DNA of 58,313 bases from Candidatus Eiseniibacteriota bacterium (GTDB taxonomy: Bacteria; Orphanbacterota; Orphanbacteria; Orphanbacterales; Orphanbacteraceae), in contig JBDROZ010000082.1 of assembly GCA_043809585.1 (NCBI GenBank), positions 1-58,313 of the forward strand, read 5' to 3'. This document shows positions 37,929-46,179 of this stretch, in pieces. The translations under genes were made by a program, and so were the position numbers. The number at the start of each line of letters is the position of its first letter. Position 1 is the first letter of the stretch. The notes beneath the pieces were generated by a model. That model was not told the DNA's origin. It saw only the letters and a program-made list of their open reading frames with translations, and searched no databases.

Positions 37929-40715
37929 ATGAGAGGAGTCATCGTGCGACGCGCTCGAACCGCCGGCCCCTGGGTCATCGCCCTTCTGCTGCTTCCCGTC
38001 TTCGCGGAAGGGGCGGGTCATCGCTTTCTGGAGAAGGTGCTCGAGGAGCGGGAGCGGATCGAGTCGGAGCTGTACGCGCCGGAGACGGAAGCGGGGGAAA
38101 CAGCCCGGCTTCTCGTGGTGTTGGGGCGCTACGCGGAAGCGGAGAGTCTCGTGGCGGCCCTCCCGGCGGGGTCGGCCGGCGAGCGTCTCGATTCGCTCTG
38201 CCGGCGGGCCGAAATCGGGCTCGCCCGCTACGAATTCGCCGAAGCCGAAAGCGCGCTCGTCCGGGCGGAGGCGATCGACCCGGGGGGCGAGGATCCGTTC
38301 CGGCTTCGCATCGACCTCTTCTTCCGCAGGGACGACCTGGCGCGGGTCGACGCGATCACGGCCCGGCGGCTCGCCGCGGTTCCGACATCGCCGGCCGCCC
38401 TCCTCGGCCGTGCGGACCTCGACTTCGAACGGCTCCGCTTCGTCGAGGCGGCGCGGGGATACGAGGAAGCCCTCGCCCACGCCGTCCGCCCGGGGGACGG
38501 CGTGCGGGCCCTGGACGGCTTGATGCGGGTCGCCTACCGGCGGAATGATTTCGACGGCGCCACGGACCTCGCCGCGCGCGCTCTCGGCGCGGGACCCCCT
38601 ACCCCCGGGCTCCTGAACGGGATCGTGTCCGTTCTCATCCGTATCGGGGACGTGTCCGGCGCGGCCGATCTCGCTCGGGAGGCGGTGCGGTGGGACCCGT
38701 GGAACGAGCGGGCCCACTACATCCTGGGCAACGGCTACGCGAAGCGGAACTACACCGAGCTGGCCGCCGCCTATCCCGCGGCTTTTTCGGCGGAGGGTTC
38801 GGAAGCCGAGCTGGCGGCGATCCGCGGGCTTCTCGAAAACGGGCGCCGGGAGGAAGCGAGGGTGGGCCTCGCGGAGCTCCGGAAGGCGCGGCCCGCGAGC
38901 GTCGACGCGGATATCCTCCTCGGTTCGCTTTTCTGGGAGGAGGGGGAAGCGGACTCGGCGATCGCCTGTTTCACGGCGGCCCTCGAAAAGTGCCCCGACT
39001 ACGGGAGGGCCCACAACGGATTCGCGAAGGCGATGGAGCGGAAGTTGCTTCGCGTGAACGTGCACGCCCCGCGCTGCGAGCGGGAGCTGGCGGAGACGCC
39101 GTGGCCGGAGGTTCCGGGGATCGAGCGGTTCGTCGTCAATTACGGCGCCCTCTCCGAGCGCCACCGGAAGCGGGTCGCCATTTCCGTGGCGCCTTGGGCG
39201 CCTTTCGTGCCGGTGCTCGTCGAGGCGGGCGCGACGTTCTACATCAAGCCCCTCTACGAACGGCTTTCGGAGACGCCTCACAACCAGCTCCTCAGGGACG
39301 GGAGGATCTCCTACGACTCCCGGCTCTGGGACGACGTTCGCGGATGCGGCGGCTATCACACGGTGACCGGCGTGGAGGACGTGGAGCGGACGGTCTTCCG
39401 GAAATACAACACGGTGCTCCACGAACTCTCCCATCAGGTTCATTACATCCTGACTCCGGAGGAGAAGCGGGAGATCCAGGAGGCGTACCGGGCGGCGAAG
39501 GAGCGGGAGACGTCCGGGCGCGAGACTTTCCTTTCCCTCTATCAGGGTTCGAGCGTGTACGAGTATTTCGCGGAGGGGGTGAACGCCTATTTCTCGCCCC
39601 GCCGCGACGAGTACGACAGCCGGGAGATCGTGAGGGAGCGATTGGAGTCGCTCGATCCCGATCTCGTGGAGCTGGTGGAGTGGGTCCTGCGCGCGGAGGA
39701 CGGGTCGAGGTACTACGTGCCCGCTTTCGTCGTCTCCGCGTACGACCGCATCGAAAACGGGCGCCCCGAGGAAGCGCTCCCGTTGATCGAGAAGGCCCTC
39801 TCCCGGTCGGGCGAGGACGAGTCGGCCCTCTGCGCCCTCGCCTACACGCGGAACCTTCTCGGCTCCCCCCGGGAGGCGGAAGAGGCGGCGGTACGCGCCA
39901 CGAAGGCCCACGGCGCTTCGGCGGATCCGTGGATCGAAAACGGGCGGGCCGTTTTTCATCGAACGGGAAGCCGGTCCGACGAGATCGCCGTTCTGCTCCG
40001 GGCGCGGGAGGAGGTCGATCGAAGCCAACGGTTCCTGATCGAGCTCTCTCTCGGCGACGCCTACCTCGGCCGGGGCGACTTGGGCAAGGCGGAAGAGTCC
40101 TACCGCTGGGTGCTCGGCTATCAGGAAGACCATCCGGACGCCTTGTGGGGTTTGGCGAAGACCCACGGCCTCGCGGCCGACTCGGAGGAGGCGGATCGGT
40201 ATTTCGAAAGGGCGATCCGGCGGAGAAACGGGATCGTGGAGCTCCGCGCCGATTACGCCCGGTACCTGACGCGGCAGGGAAGGTTCGAGGAGGCGGAGCA
40301 GCAGATCGGCGAGGCGAGGCTGCTCGATCCGAAGAGCAGCGACGCCGAAACGGCGGCGGGGCTGCTCGCCATCTACCGGAAGGACTGGGCCGAGGCGGGG
40401 CGGCGGTTGGTCGACGCGCTCGCCCTCGCGCCCTACAACGATCTCGCCACGATCTTGCTTGCCCACGCGTGGGTGGCATCGGGCGACGCCGCCCGGGCGG
40501 GGGAATTGCTCGACCCCCTGCTCGCCTCGGTGGACCGTGGGGATCCGCCCGAGTTCCTCTACATCGAGCGAAAGGGACGGTACGAGGAGATCCACCGCTA
40601 TCTCGCCGAAGAGCGATGGCTCCTGTACATGACCGCGTCCGAACTCGCCGCCGCCCGCGGCGACTCGGCCACCGCCCGCAACCACGAACGACTCATGAGC
40701 CAAGTCTTCCGCTGA
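37929..40715 (+). CDS. Secreted TPR protein with a central HExxH zinc-peptidase domain
   Basis: Signal peptide; many TPR-like repeats; NTVLHELSH...YEYFAEG. Confidence 0.82.
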   Translation: MRGVIVRRARTAGPWVIALLLLPVFAEGAGHRFLEKVLEERERIESELYAPETEAGETARLLVVLGRYAEAESLVAALPAGSAGERLDSLCRRAEIGLARYEFAEAESALVRAEAIDPGGEDPFRLRIDLFFRRDDLARVDAITARRLAAVPTSPAALLGRADLDFERLRFVEAARGYEEALAHAVRPGDGVRALDGLMRVAYRRNDFDGATDLAARALGAGPPTPGLLNGIVSVLIRIGDVSGAADLAREAVRWDPWNERAHYILGNGYAKRNYTELAAAYPAAFSAEGSEAELAAIRGLLENGRREEARVGLAELRKARPASVDADILLGSLFWEEGEADSAIACFTAALEKCPDYGRAHNGFAKAMERKLLRVNVHAPRCERELAETPWPEVPGIERFVVNYGALSERHRKRVAISVAPWAPFVPVLVEAGATFYIKPLYERLSETPHNQLLRDGRISYDSRLWDDVRGCGGYHTVTGVEDVERTVFRKYNTVLHELSHQVHYILTPEEKREIQEAYRAAKERETSGRETFLSLYQGSSVYEYFAEGVNAYFSPRRDEYDSREIVRERLESLDPDLVELVEWVLRAEDGSRYYVPAFVVSAYDRIENGRPEEALPLIEKALSRSGEDESALCALAYTRNLLGSPREAEEAAVRATKAHGASADPWIENGRAVFHRTGSRSDEIAVLLRAREEVDRSQRFLIELSLGDAYLGRGDLGKAEESYRWVLGYQEDHPDALWGLAKTHGLAADSEEADRYFERAIRRRNGIVELRADYARYLTRQGRFEEAEQQIGEARLLDPKSSDAETAAGLLAIYRKDWAEAGRRLVDALALAPYNDLATILLAHAWVASGDAARAGELLDPLLASVDRGDPPEFLYIERKGRYEEIHRYLAEERWLLYMTASELAAARGDSATARNHERLMSQVFR

Positions 40716-40760
40716 TCCCCTCCTCGGGGACGGACACCGGTGCCCGTCCCGGGCAATGGA

Positions 40761-41396
40761 TCAGCGGGGGGAGCCTACGGGAACGAGGTAGAGGGGCTCT
40801 TCGTTGTCGGGAAGCTCCAAGAGGTTCTGGAGTTCCCGGTCCTCGAACGCCGCGACCGGCGTCGAGCCGAGACCGAGGGTGACCGCCAGGAGATGAATGT
40901 TCTCAGCCGCATGACCGGCCTCCATGCGCACGTACCGGACACCCCGCTCACCGTAGCGGTTCGTCGTGCGATCGTAGTCGGCGACGATCACGATCGTGAA
41001 CGGCGCGCCGGCGATCCACTGCTGGGCCAGCGCCGCCGCCGCGACTTCGCCTCGCAGGTCCCGATCGCTCACTCTCGTCAAACCGTGCGGGGTCGGCCGG
41101 TACTTGTAGAGCCCGGCCGGCAGTCCATCCACTTCACCGGCGATCAGATAGAGGATGAGCGGGTAGGTCCCTCCCGCCGACGGGGCGGCCCGAGCGCCCC
41201 CTTCCTCCGTGATCCCCTGCCCCGCCCACAGGAGCCGGCCCACGTGGTCCAATCTCGCGGGCCCGGGCAGGAACTTCCGGATCGAGCGCCGCCGCCTGAT
41301 CGCATCCTCCACGGAGTTCAGGTCCGCCCCACCCGGCTCCGGCAACGCGATCTTCACGGCCCTCGGCCGTCCACCATCCGCCTTTTTCATCACCAT
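40761..41396 (-). CDS. SagB/ThcOx family nitroreductase-like protein
   Basis: RRRSIRKF, LLWAGQG, RAAPSAGGTYP, YGERG.RY, EAGHAAENI. Confidence 0.9.
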   Translation of the reverse strand: MVMKKADGGRPRAVKIALPEPGGADLNSVEDAIRRRRSIRKFLPGPARLDHVGRLLWAGQGITEEGGARAAPSAGGTYPLILYLIAGEVDGLPAGLYKYRPTPHGLTRVSDRDLRGEVAAAALAQQWIAGAPFTIVIVADYDRTTNRYGERGVRYVRMEAGHAAENIHLLAVTLGLGSTPVAAFEDRELQNLLELPDNEEPLYLVPVGSPR

Positions 41397-41439
41397 TCCC
41401 CCCGGCGCGGAAGTCCGGTCCGCCGGCCTGATCCGCCCC

Positions 41440-41799
41440 TCAGGAGATATTGACGACCTTCCGGGCCTTCCACTGGGCGGCGATGATGTCCGTCATTCCC
41501 CCCACCGTGCCGACCCGCACCCGATCCGCGATCCCGTAGTGATCGAGGCACGTCTTGCAGAGAATCAACGGCACCCCCTTCGACTCGATGGAGCGAAGGA
41601 CCTCGAGCACCGGGGATCCGTCGGTCACCAGCTTCACGCCGTCCGTGAAGAACGCGACCGCGCCCGGGAGCATGTCGTTCTGGTCGAGCAACGTCAAATA
41701 GGTGACGATCAGCTTCCGGCGAAGCGCGTCGTCCCCCCGCCCCATACCGTCGCTCGTGATCTGCAAGAGAATCGTGGGATCTCCCGAGATGCCCGGCAT
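41440..41799 (-). CDS. DsrE/YedF-like sulfur-relay protein
   Basis: DGMGRGD, FFTDGVKL, CKTCLDHYG, VGGMTDI. Confidence 0.85.
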   Translation of the reverse strand: MPGISGDPTILLQITSDGMGRGDDALRRKLIVTYLTLLDQNDMLPGAVAFFTDGVKLVTDGSPVLEVLRSIESKGVPLILCKTCLDHYGIADRVRVGTVGGMTDIIAAQWKARKVVNIS

Positions 41800-41891
41800 G
41801 GGAGTCTTCCTCCGTTTCAATCTTCCGAAGATGTCCCGGTTCTTCGAGGATCCCTTCCATCATACGGCGAACCGGGGCCTTCGAGCAGGGG

Positions 41892-42974
41892 TCAGGAATG
41901 GGAGGGCGGTTCCGCTCCGGACCCCGGACGATGCATGTACAGTGTCTGGGTCGGATAGGCGAACTCGATTCCTTCCGCCTCGAACCGCCGGTAGATCTCG
42001 AAGTTGATCGCCTGCTGGACATCCATGAACAGATTGTAATCCCGGTCGAGCACGTAGTAGACCGCTTCGATGTCGAGAGAAGACGGCCCGTACTCCTTCC
42101 AATGACACCGGTCGAAGCGCACTCCGTCCCGGCTCTCGATCGCGTCCCGCACGATCGCCGTCGCCCTCGCCATCTTGTCCGGCGTCGTCTGGTAAGTGAC
42201 GCCGAGCGTGAACAGGACCCGCCTCTCCCTCATGCGCTTGAAATTCCGGATGCGGCTCCCGAGCAGGTCCTGGTTCGACATTACGATCTGCTCGCCCGTC
42301 AGGCTCCGGATCCGGGTCGTCTTCAAGCCCACGTACTCCACGTTCCCCATGAAGTCCCCCACCACCACGAAGTCGCCGATCTCGAACGGCTTGTCGAGGG
42401 CGATCGACACGGAGGCGAACAGATCGCCGAGGATGTTCTGCGCGGCGAGTGCCACGGCGATGCCGCCGATGCCGAGCCCGGCGATGAGGGTGCTCACCTT
42501 CACCCCCGGGATGTTGTCGAGGGCCATGAGAATCACGATCGAGAAGAGAATGAGCCGGAGGAAGAACAGGATCATCCGGGTGGTTCCCCGGTTCGCCTGG
42601 TCCTCGCCGAATTTCTTCTCCTGATACCGAAGAATGGCGAGAGAGAGGATCCCGTCCGCCCAGAGCCCCGCCTGCAGGAGGACGACGATCACGACGGCCG
42701 CCTGAACCCACGGCATCGCCTTCCCGGTCATGCCGACGCCCAGGAAACCCGCCGAGAGCGCCACGATCGTGAGGAGGGAGAAGCGGGTCCGCCGGAGCGC
42801 GACGTCGAGAAAGCTCCCGGTCGCCCCCGGCATCGCCACCCGCCGCGCGGCGACCCGCCCGAGGACCGCCTTCACGACCCGGAGGAGAACGAGAAAGAGA
42901 ACGGTCACCCCGAGGGCCGAGGCCCACTCCGCGACGGTTACCCCCGCGATCGCACGATCCCAACTCAACGTCAT
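41892..42974 (-). CDS. MscS family mechanosensitive channel
   Basis: AGLGIGGIAVALAAQ, DKPFEIGD, GLKTTRIR, GIEFAYPTQT. Confidence 0.95.
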   Translation of the reverse strand: MTLSWDRAIAGVTVAEWASALGVTVLFLVLLRVVKAVLGRVAARRVAMPGATGSFLDVALRRTRFSLLTIVALSAGFLGVGMTGKAMPWVQAAVVIVVLLQAGLWADGILSLAILRYQEKKFGEDQANRGTTRMILFFLRLILFSIVILMALDNIPGVKVSTLIAGLGIGGIAVALAAQNILGDLFASVSIALDKPFEIGDFVVVGDFMGNVEYVGLKTTRIRSLTGEQIVMSNQDLLGSRIRNFKRMRERRVLFTLGVTYQTTPDKMARATAIVRDAIESRDGVRFDRCHWKEYGPSSLDIEAVYYVLDRDYNLFMDVQQAINFEIYRRFEAEGIEFAYPTQTLYMHRPGSGAEPPSHS

Positions 42975-43103
42975 CTCCTCCGGCCGGGAACCCTACGGAC
43001 TAGAGAAATGATAACGGAACCGCCCGCCTCTTCCAAGGGTGCGGATTCCGTCGACCAGGCGGGAACGGAGGCGCGGCGCCCTCCCCCCTCCCCGCTTCGA
43101 GGA

Positions 43104-43832
43104 TCATCGCAACGTCTGAACGAACCAGGCGGTGATCGCGGGGATCAACGCGGGATCGTGATCGAAGAGCGGCGCGCCGTGGGCGTTCCCCTTGTACAGG
43201 ATCATCTTCGTTCCGGCGCCCCGCGAGCTCTTGAACAAGCGCTCCGTCCGCTGATAGGTGCCGCGATCCTCTTCGGACGCGATGAGCAAGAGCGGAATCG
43301 CCCGCCCCTTCTCGAATTCGTGAATGGTGTCGTCGTCGATCCACGGCACACTGGACGACAAGAAGGCGACCGACCGAATCGAGGGCCGTTTGATCGCCTG
43401 AAGAAGGGCCTGGGATCCGCCGCAACTCGCGCCCAGGATGCCGACCCGCGCCCCGTCCACTCCCTCCCGGGAGAGGAGCCACTCGTAAGCGGCGTCCACG
43501 TCCTCCTCGAAGAGCGGCCAGAGATCCTCGCTCCGAGATTCAAAGTCCGGGATCTCGTCGGTCACGCTTTCCCCGAATCCGCGGAAATCGACGGTGAGTG
43601 CGTGGACGCCCGCCGCCGCCAGGGACCGGGCGAGTTCGCCGTACGCCGACCGGTCCTTGTTGCACTGGTGAAGGAGGAGGACCGCAGGACCCTCCCCTTC
43701 TCCCGGATAGTAGGTGCCCTTCAGAACGAAACCGCCGGCGCCGGTCAAATCCACCGGCACCGGTACCGGTACCGCCGACGCGCCGAAGGCGAGGGCGATC
43801 ACTCCGCACAACGGGAACATCCATTTCCTCAT
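43104..43832 (-). CDS. Secreted alpha/beta hydrolase
   Basis: VLLLH, DFRGFGES, GASCGG nucleophile elbow, AHG. Confidence 0.88.
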   Translation of the reverse strand: MRKWMFPLCGVIALAFGASAVPVPVPVDLTGAGGFVLKGTYYPGEGEGPAVLLLHQCNKDRSAYGELARSLAAAGVHALTVDFRGFGESVTDEIPDFESRSEDLWPLFEEDVDAAYEWLLSREGVDGARVGILGASCGGSQALLQAIKRPSIRSVAFLSSSVPWIDDDTIHEFEKGRAIPLLLIASEEDRGTYQRTERLFKSSRGAGTKMILYKGNAHGAPLFDHDPALIPAITAWFVQTLR

Positions 43833-43890
43833 CGTACCGTCTCCATCTCTCTCCCCGCCGGCGCCGTCGATCCCCGCGGAGCCTCCCGCC

Positions 43891-44349
43891 TCACACTTTC
43901 GACTTCTTGCCGGTCCAGCTCTCCACGTCGACGCGGATGATCACCATGGCGTCCACCGGGCCGTCGTCGTACGTGAACGGACCCTCCCCGTACTGGGCCA
44001 TCAGAACGTCCAGGGCCTTCCGCTTCTCGTCCGGGTCGTTCACGATTTCCGCGTTCCCGTAGCCGATGACGCTCCGGTACCGGGCCCCCCACCCGCAGGC
44101 TTTCCCGGCGACCACGATCTCGGAGTCGACGTCGACCTGGAAGCAGACCCGCCGGTTCCGGCGGATCATCTCGACTTTCCTCCCCTCCGGCGCCGAATGG
44201 AAATAGAGTGTCCTCTCTCTGTACCCGTAGTTCAGGGGCACCAGGTACGGCTCTCCTCCGTCGGCGAGGGCCAGCCGGCAGACCTTGCCCGCGGCGAGGA
44301 TCGCCTCGATCTCCCGGGGGTCCCGGATCTCCTTCTCTTCCCGCCTCAA
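43891..44349 (-). CDS. Pyridoxamine 5'-phosphate oxidase-like (NimA-like) flavin-binding protein
   Basis: RREEKEI, PYLVPLNY, LYFHSAPEGRK, YRSVIG, TGK; TTG start. Confidence 0.88.
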   Translation of the reverse strand: MRREEKEIRDPREIEAILAAGKVCRLALADGGEPYLVPLNYGYRERTLYFHSAPEGRKVEMIRRNRRVCFQVDVDSEIVVAGKACGWGARYRSVIGYGNAEIVNDPDEKRKALDVLMAQYGEGPFTYDDGPVDAMVIIRVDVESWTGKKSKV

Positions 44350-44467
44350 CTTCGACCCTCCGTCCCGAAGGTGGCTGCTTGGCCATATGGCCATATAACC
44401 ACGAAACTATATCTTTCCATTGGTGAAGTGCCTCCCTCCGAACGGCGGGCCGCCCTCCGACGGGTCC

Positions 44468-44992
44468 TCAGAGATACCGCTCCCCCACGACCTCCACATG
44501 ATGGATTTCGTGCCCCGCGATGATCCAGGGCAAGGCCCGGACCGAGACTTCGACGCCGCTCGCGCTCCCCCGGCGGCCCCATGCCTCCTCGGGGAGCCCG
44601 GCGAAGAGCGCGACCGTCGACGCCCTGACCGAGCGAAACTCCCCGACCAGATCCGCGAGGGACCTCCGGCCGAACGCCCCCGCGGGGACGTAGACGTTCT
44701 CGTCGAAACCGGGGAGCGCCGTGCCATCGCCCCGCGCGAAGCGGAGGGCCCGGTAGGAGAAGACCCGCTCGCCGTCGATCAGGTGCCCCAACACTTCCTT
44801 CACGGTCCATTTCCCGGGGGCGTATCGATGGTCCCCCTTCGATTCCTCGAGGCCGCCGAAGAATCGGGCCGTCGTAGCGATCCGGTCCCGAAGCGTCTCG
44901 ATGATGTTCCCATCGGGGACCCGCTCGATATAGCGGCCGAAGTAAGGAACGTGATCCAAAGGACCGGGTCTTGTCGCGAGCCATTCGCCCAT
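44468..44992 (-). CDS. DinB family protein
   Basis: RYAPGKWTVKEVLGHLIDGERVF, LPGFDEN, AGHEIHH. Confidence 0.92.
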   Translation of the reverse strand: MGEWLATRPGPLDHVPYFGRYIERVPDGNIIETLRDRIATTARFFGGLEESKGDHRYAPGKWTVKEVLGHLIDGERVFSYRALRFARGDGTALPGFDENVYVPAGAFGRRSLADLVGEFRSVRASTVALFAGLPEEAWGRRGSASGVEVSVRALPWIIAGHEIHHVEVVGERYL

Positions 44993-45287
44993 GTTTCACC
45001 TCCGACGGCGGGGCATGATCCCCTGTCGAGTGAGGGGATCACCGACCACGAAGCATACGCCGTCGGCCACGGCGTTTCCACCCCTCCGCTCCGGTTTCCG
45101 GGAGGCGTCGCTGGAACATGCTCCGGCGACAGGCATTGCGGAATTTCTCCGGGGCCCGGCCTTCCGGCACTTCCCATGCAATCCCCGTTTTTCGCCCGGG
45201 ATGCGCGGGAGGTCCGGCAGGGCGACGGATGGAGGAGTGCCCACGTCCGGCCGGCGCCGGACCCTCCCGTAGGAAGGTGAGGTGGCC

Positions 45288-46178
45288 ATGAGTTCGAAGA
45301 TCCGAAGGACCGGAGCAGTGATTCTTCTTCTCGGCGGAGCGGCGTTCACTCCCCCGGCGGGGGCCGATCCGGTCCTCCCCCCGGAAGAGGGCTGGACCCT
45401 GCCCGCGGTGATCCCGATGAGCGAAGGGGCGACGGCTTATGTCCACGGCCGTGCGTTCCGGGGAACGGTGACGTTCTACCGTGACCGGAACGACACGATT
45501 CGTGTGACCGACGGGGCGCGGGACGTGGCGGTGTGGCCTCGCCCGCTCCCGCCCCCGTCCCCCCCGAACGTGGAGGAGATTCGGCGGCGGTTCGGCGCCG
45601 TGCCCTTCGTCCGGGAGCGGACCGGCGGTGGAAGCGGCGAGGAATGGGCCGCGGCCCGCGAGGCGTTTCTCGATCTCCGGCGCCGATTCTCGGTGGACCT
45701 GTCGGCGGCGTACTGGGACCACATGGACGCCCACCTCGGCGACCGGGCGGGCGCCCGGAGCCGAGGGGAGCAGGCCATGGCGCCGTACCGCCCGCACCTC
45801 GACGACGGGCGGGGCGCTTTCCGGTGGGAAGGAGAAGACCTCATGGTCTACTGGCGGGGCCTCCCCGAGGGGGAGCTGGTCTTGATTCATGGGGGTCGGT
45901 TCCGCGGGGACGACCCGAGGCGCCGGTCCCGGTTCGCGGACGGCGAAACGGCGGCCCGGAGGATCGGCATCTTCGCCCGTCACGCCTCGGGCACCGGAGC
46001 CGGGGAGTGCGTGGTGATCGTGATCGGTCCCCGGGGCATGCGTGCGTCCACCGGATGCGGTCCGGGATCGGCGCACGCCCAGATCGAATCCGCCCTGGGA
46101 GGCGGAGATACGGAAGGGCCTCTCACGGCGCATGAACTCCGCGAGATCGTGGCCTCGGCGCCGGAAGGGGGGCGATAG
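45288..46178 (+). CDS. Secreted hypothetical protein
   Basis: Signal peptide ending AGA; RBS; stop 1 bp before the next gene. Confidence 0.6.
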   Translation: MSSKIRRTGAVILLLGGAAFTPPAGADPVLPPEEGWTLPAVIPMSEGATAYVHGRAFRGTVTFYRDRNDTIRVTDGARDVAVWPRPLPPPSPPNVEEIRRRFGAVPFVRERTGGGSGEEWAAAREAFLDLRRRFSVDLSAAYWDHMDAHLGDRAGARSRGEQAMAPYRPHLDDGRGAFRWEGEDLMVYWRGLPEGELVLIHGGRFRGDDPRRRSRFADGETAARRIGIFARHASGTGAGECVVIVIGPRGMRASTGCGPGSAHAQIESALGGGDTEGPLTAHELREIVASAPEGGR

Positions 46179-46179
46179 C

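Noticed and set aside
40761..41396. SagB-like gene as part of a RiPP cluster
   Set aside because: No YcaO or precursor peptide nearby; standalone nitroreductase-like gene
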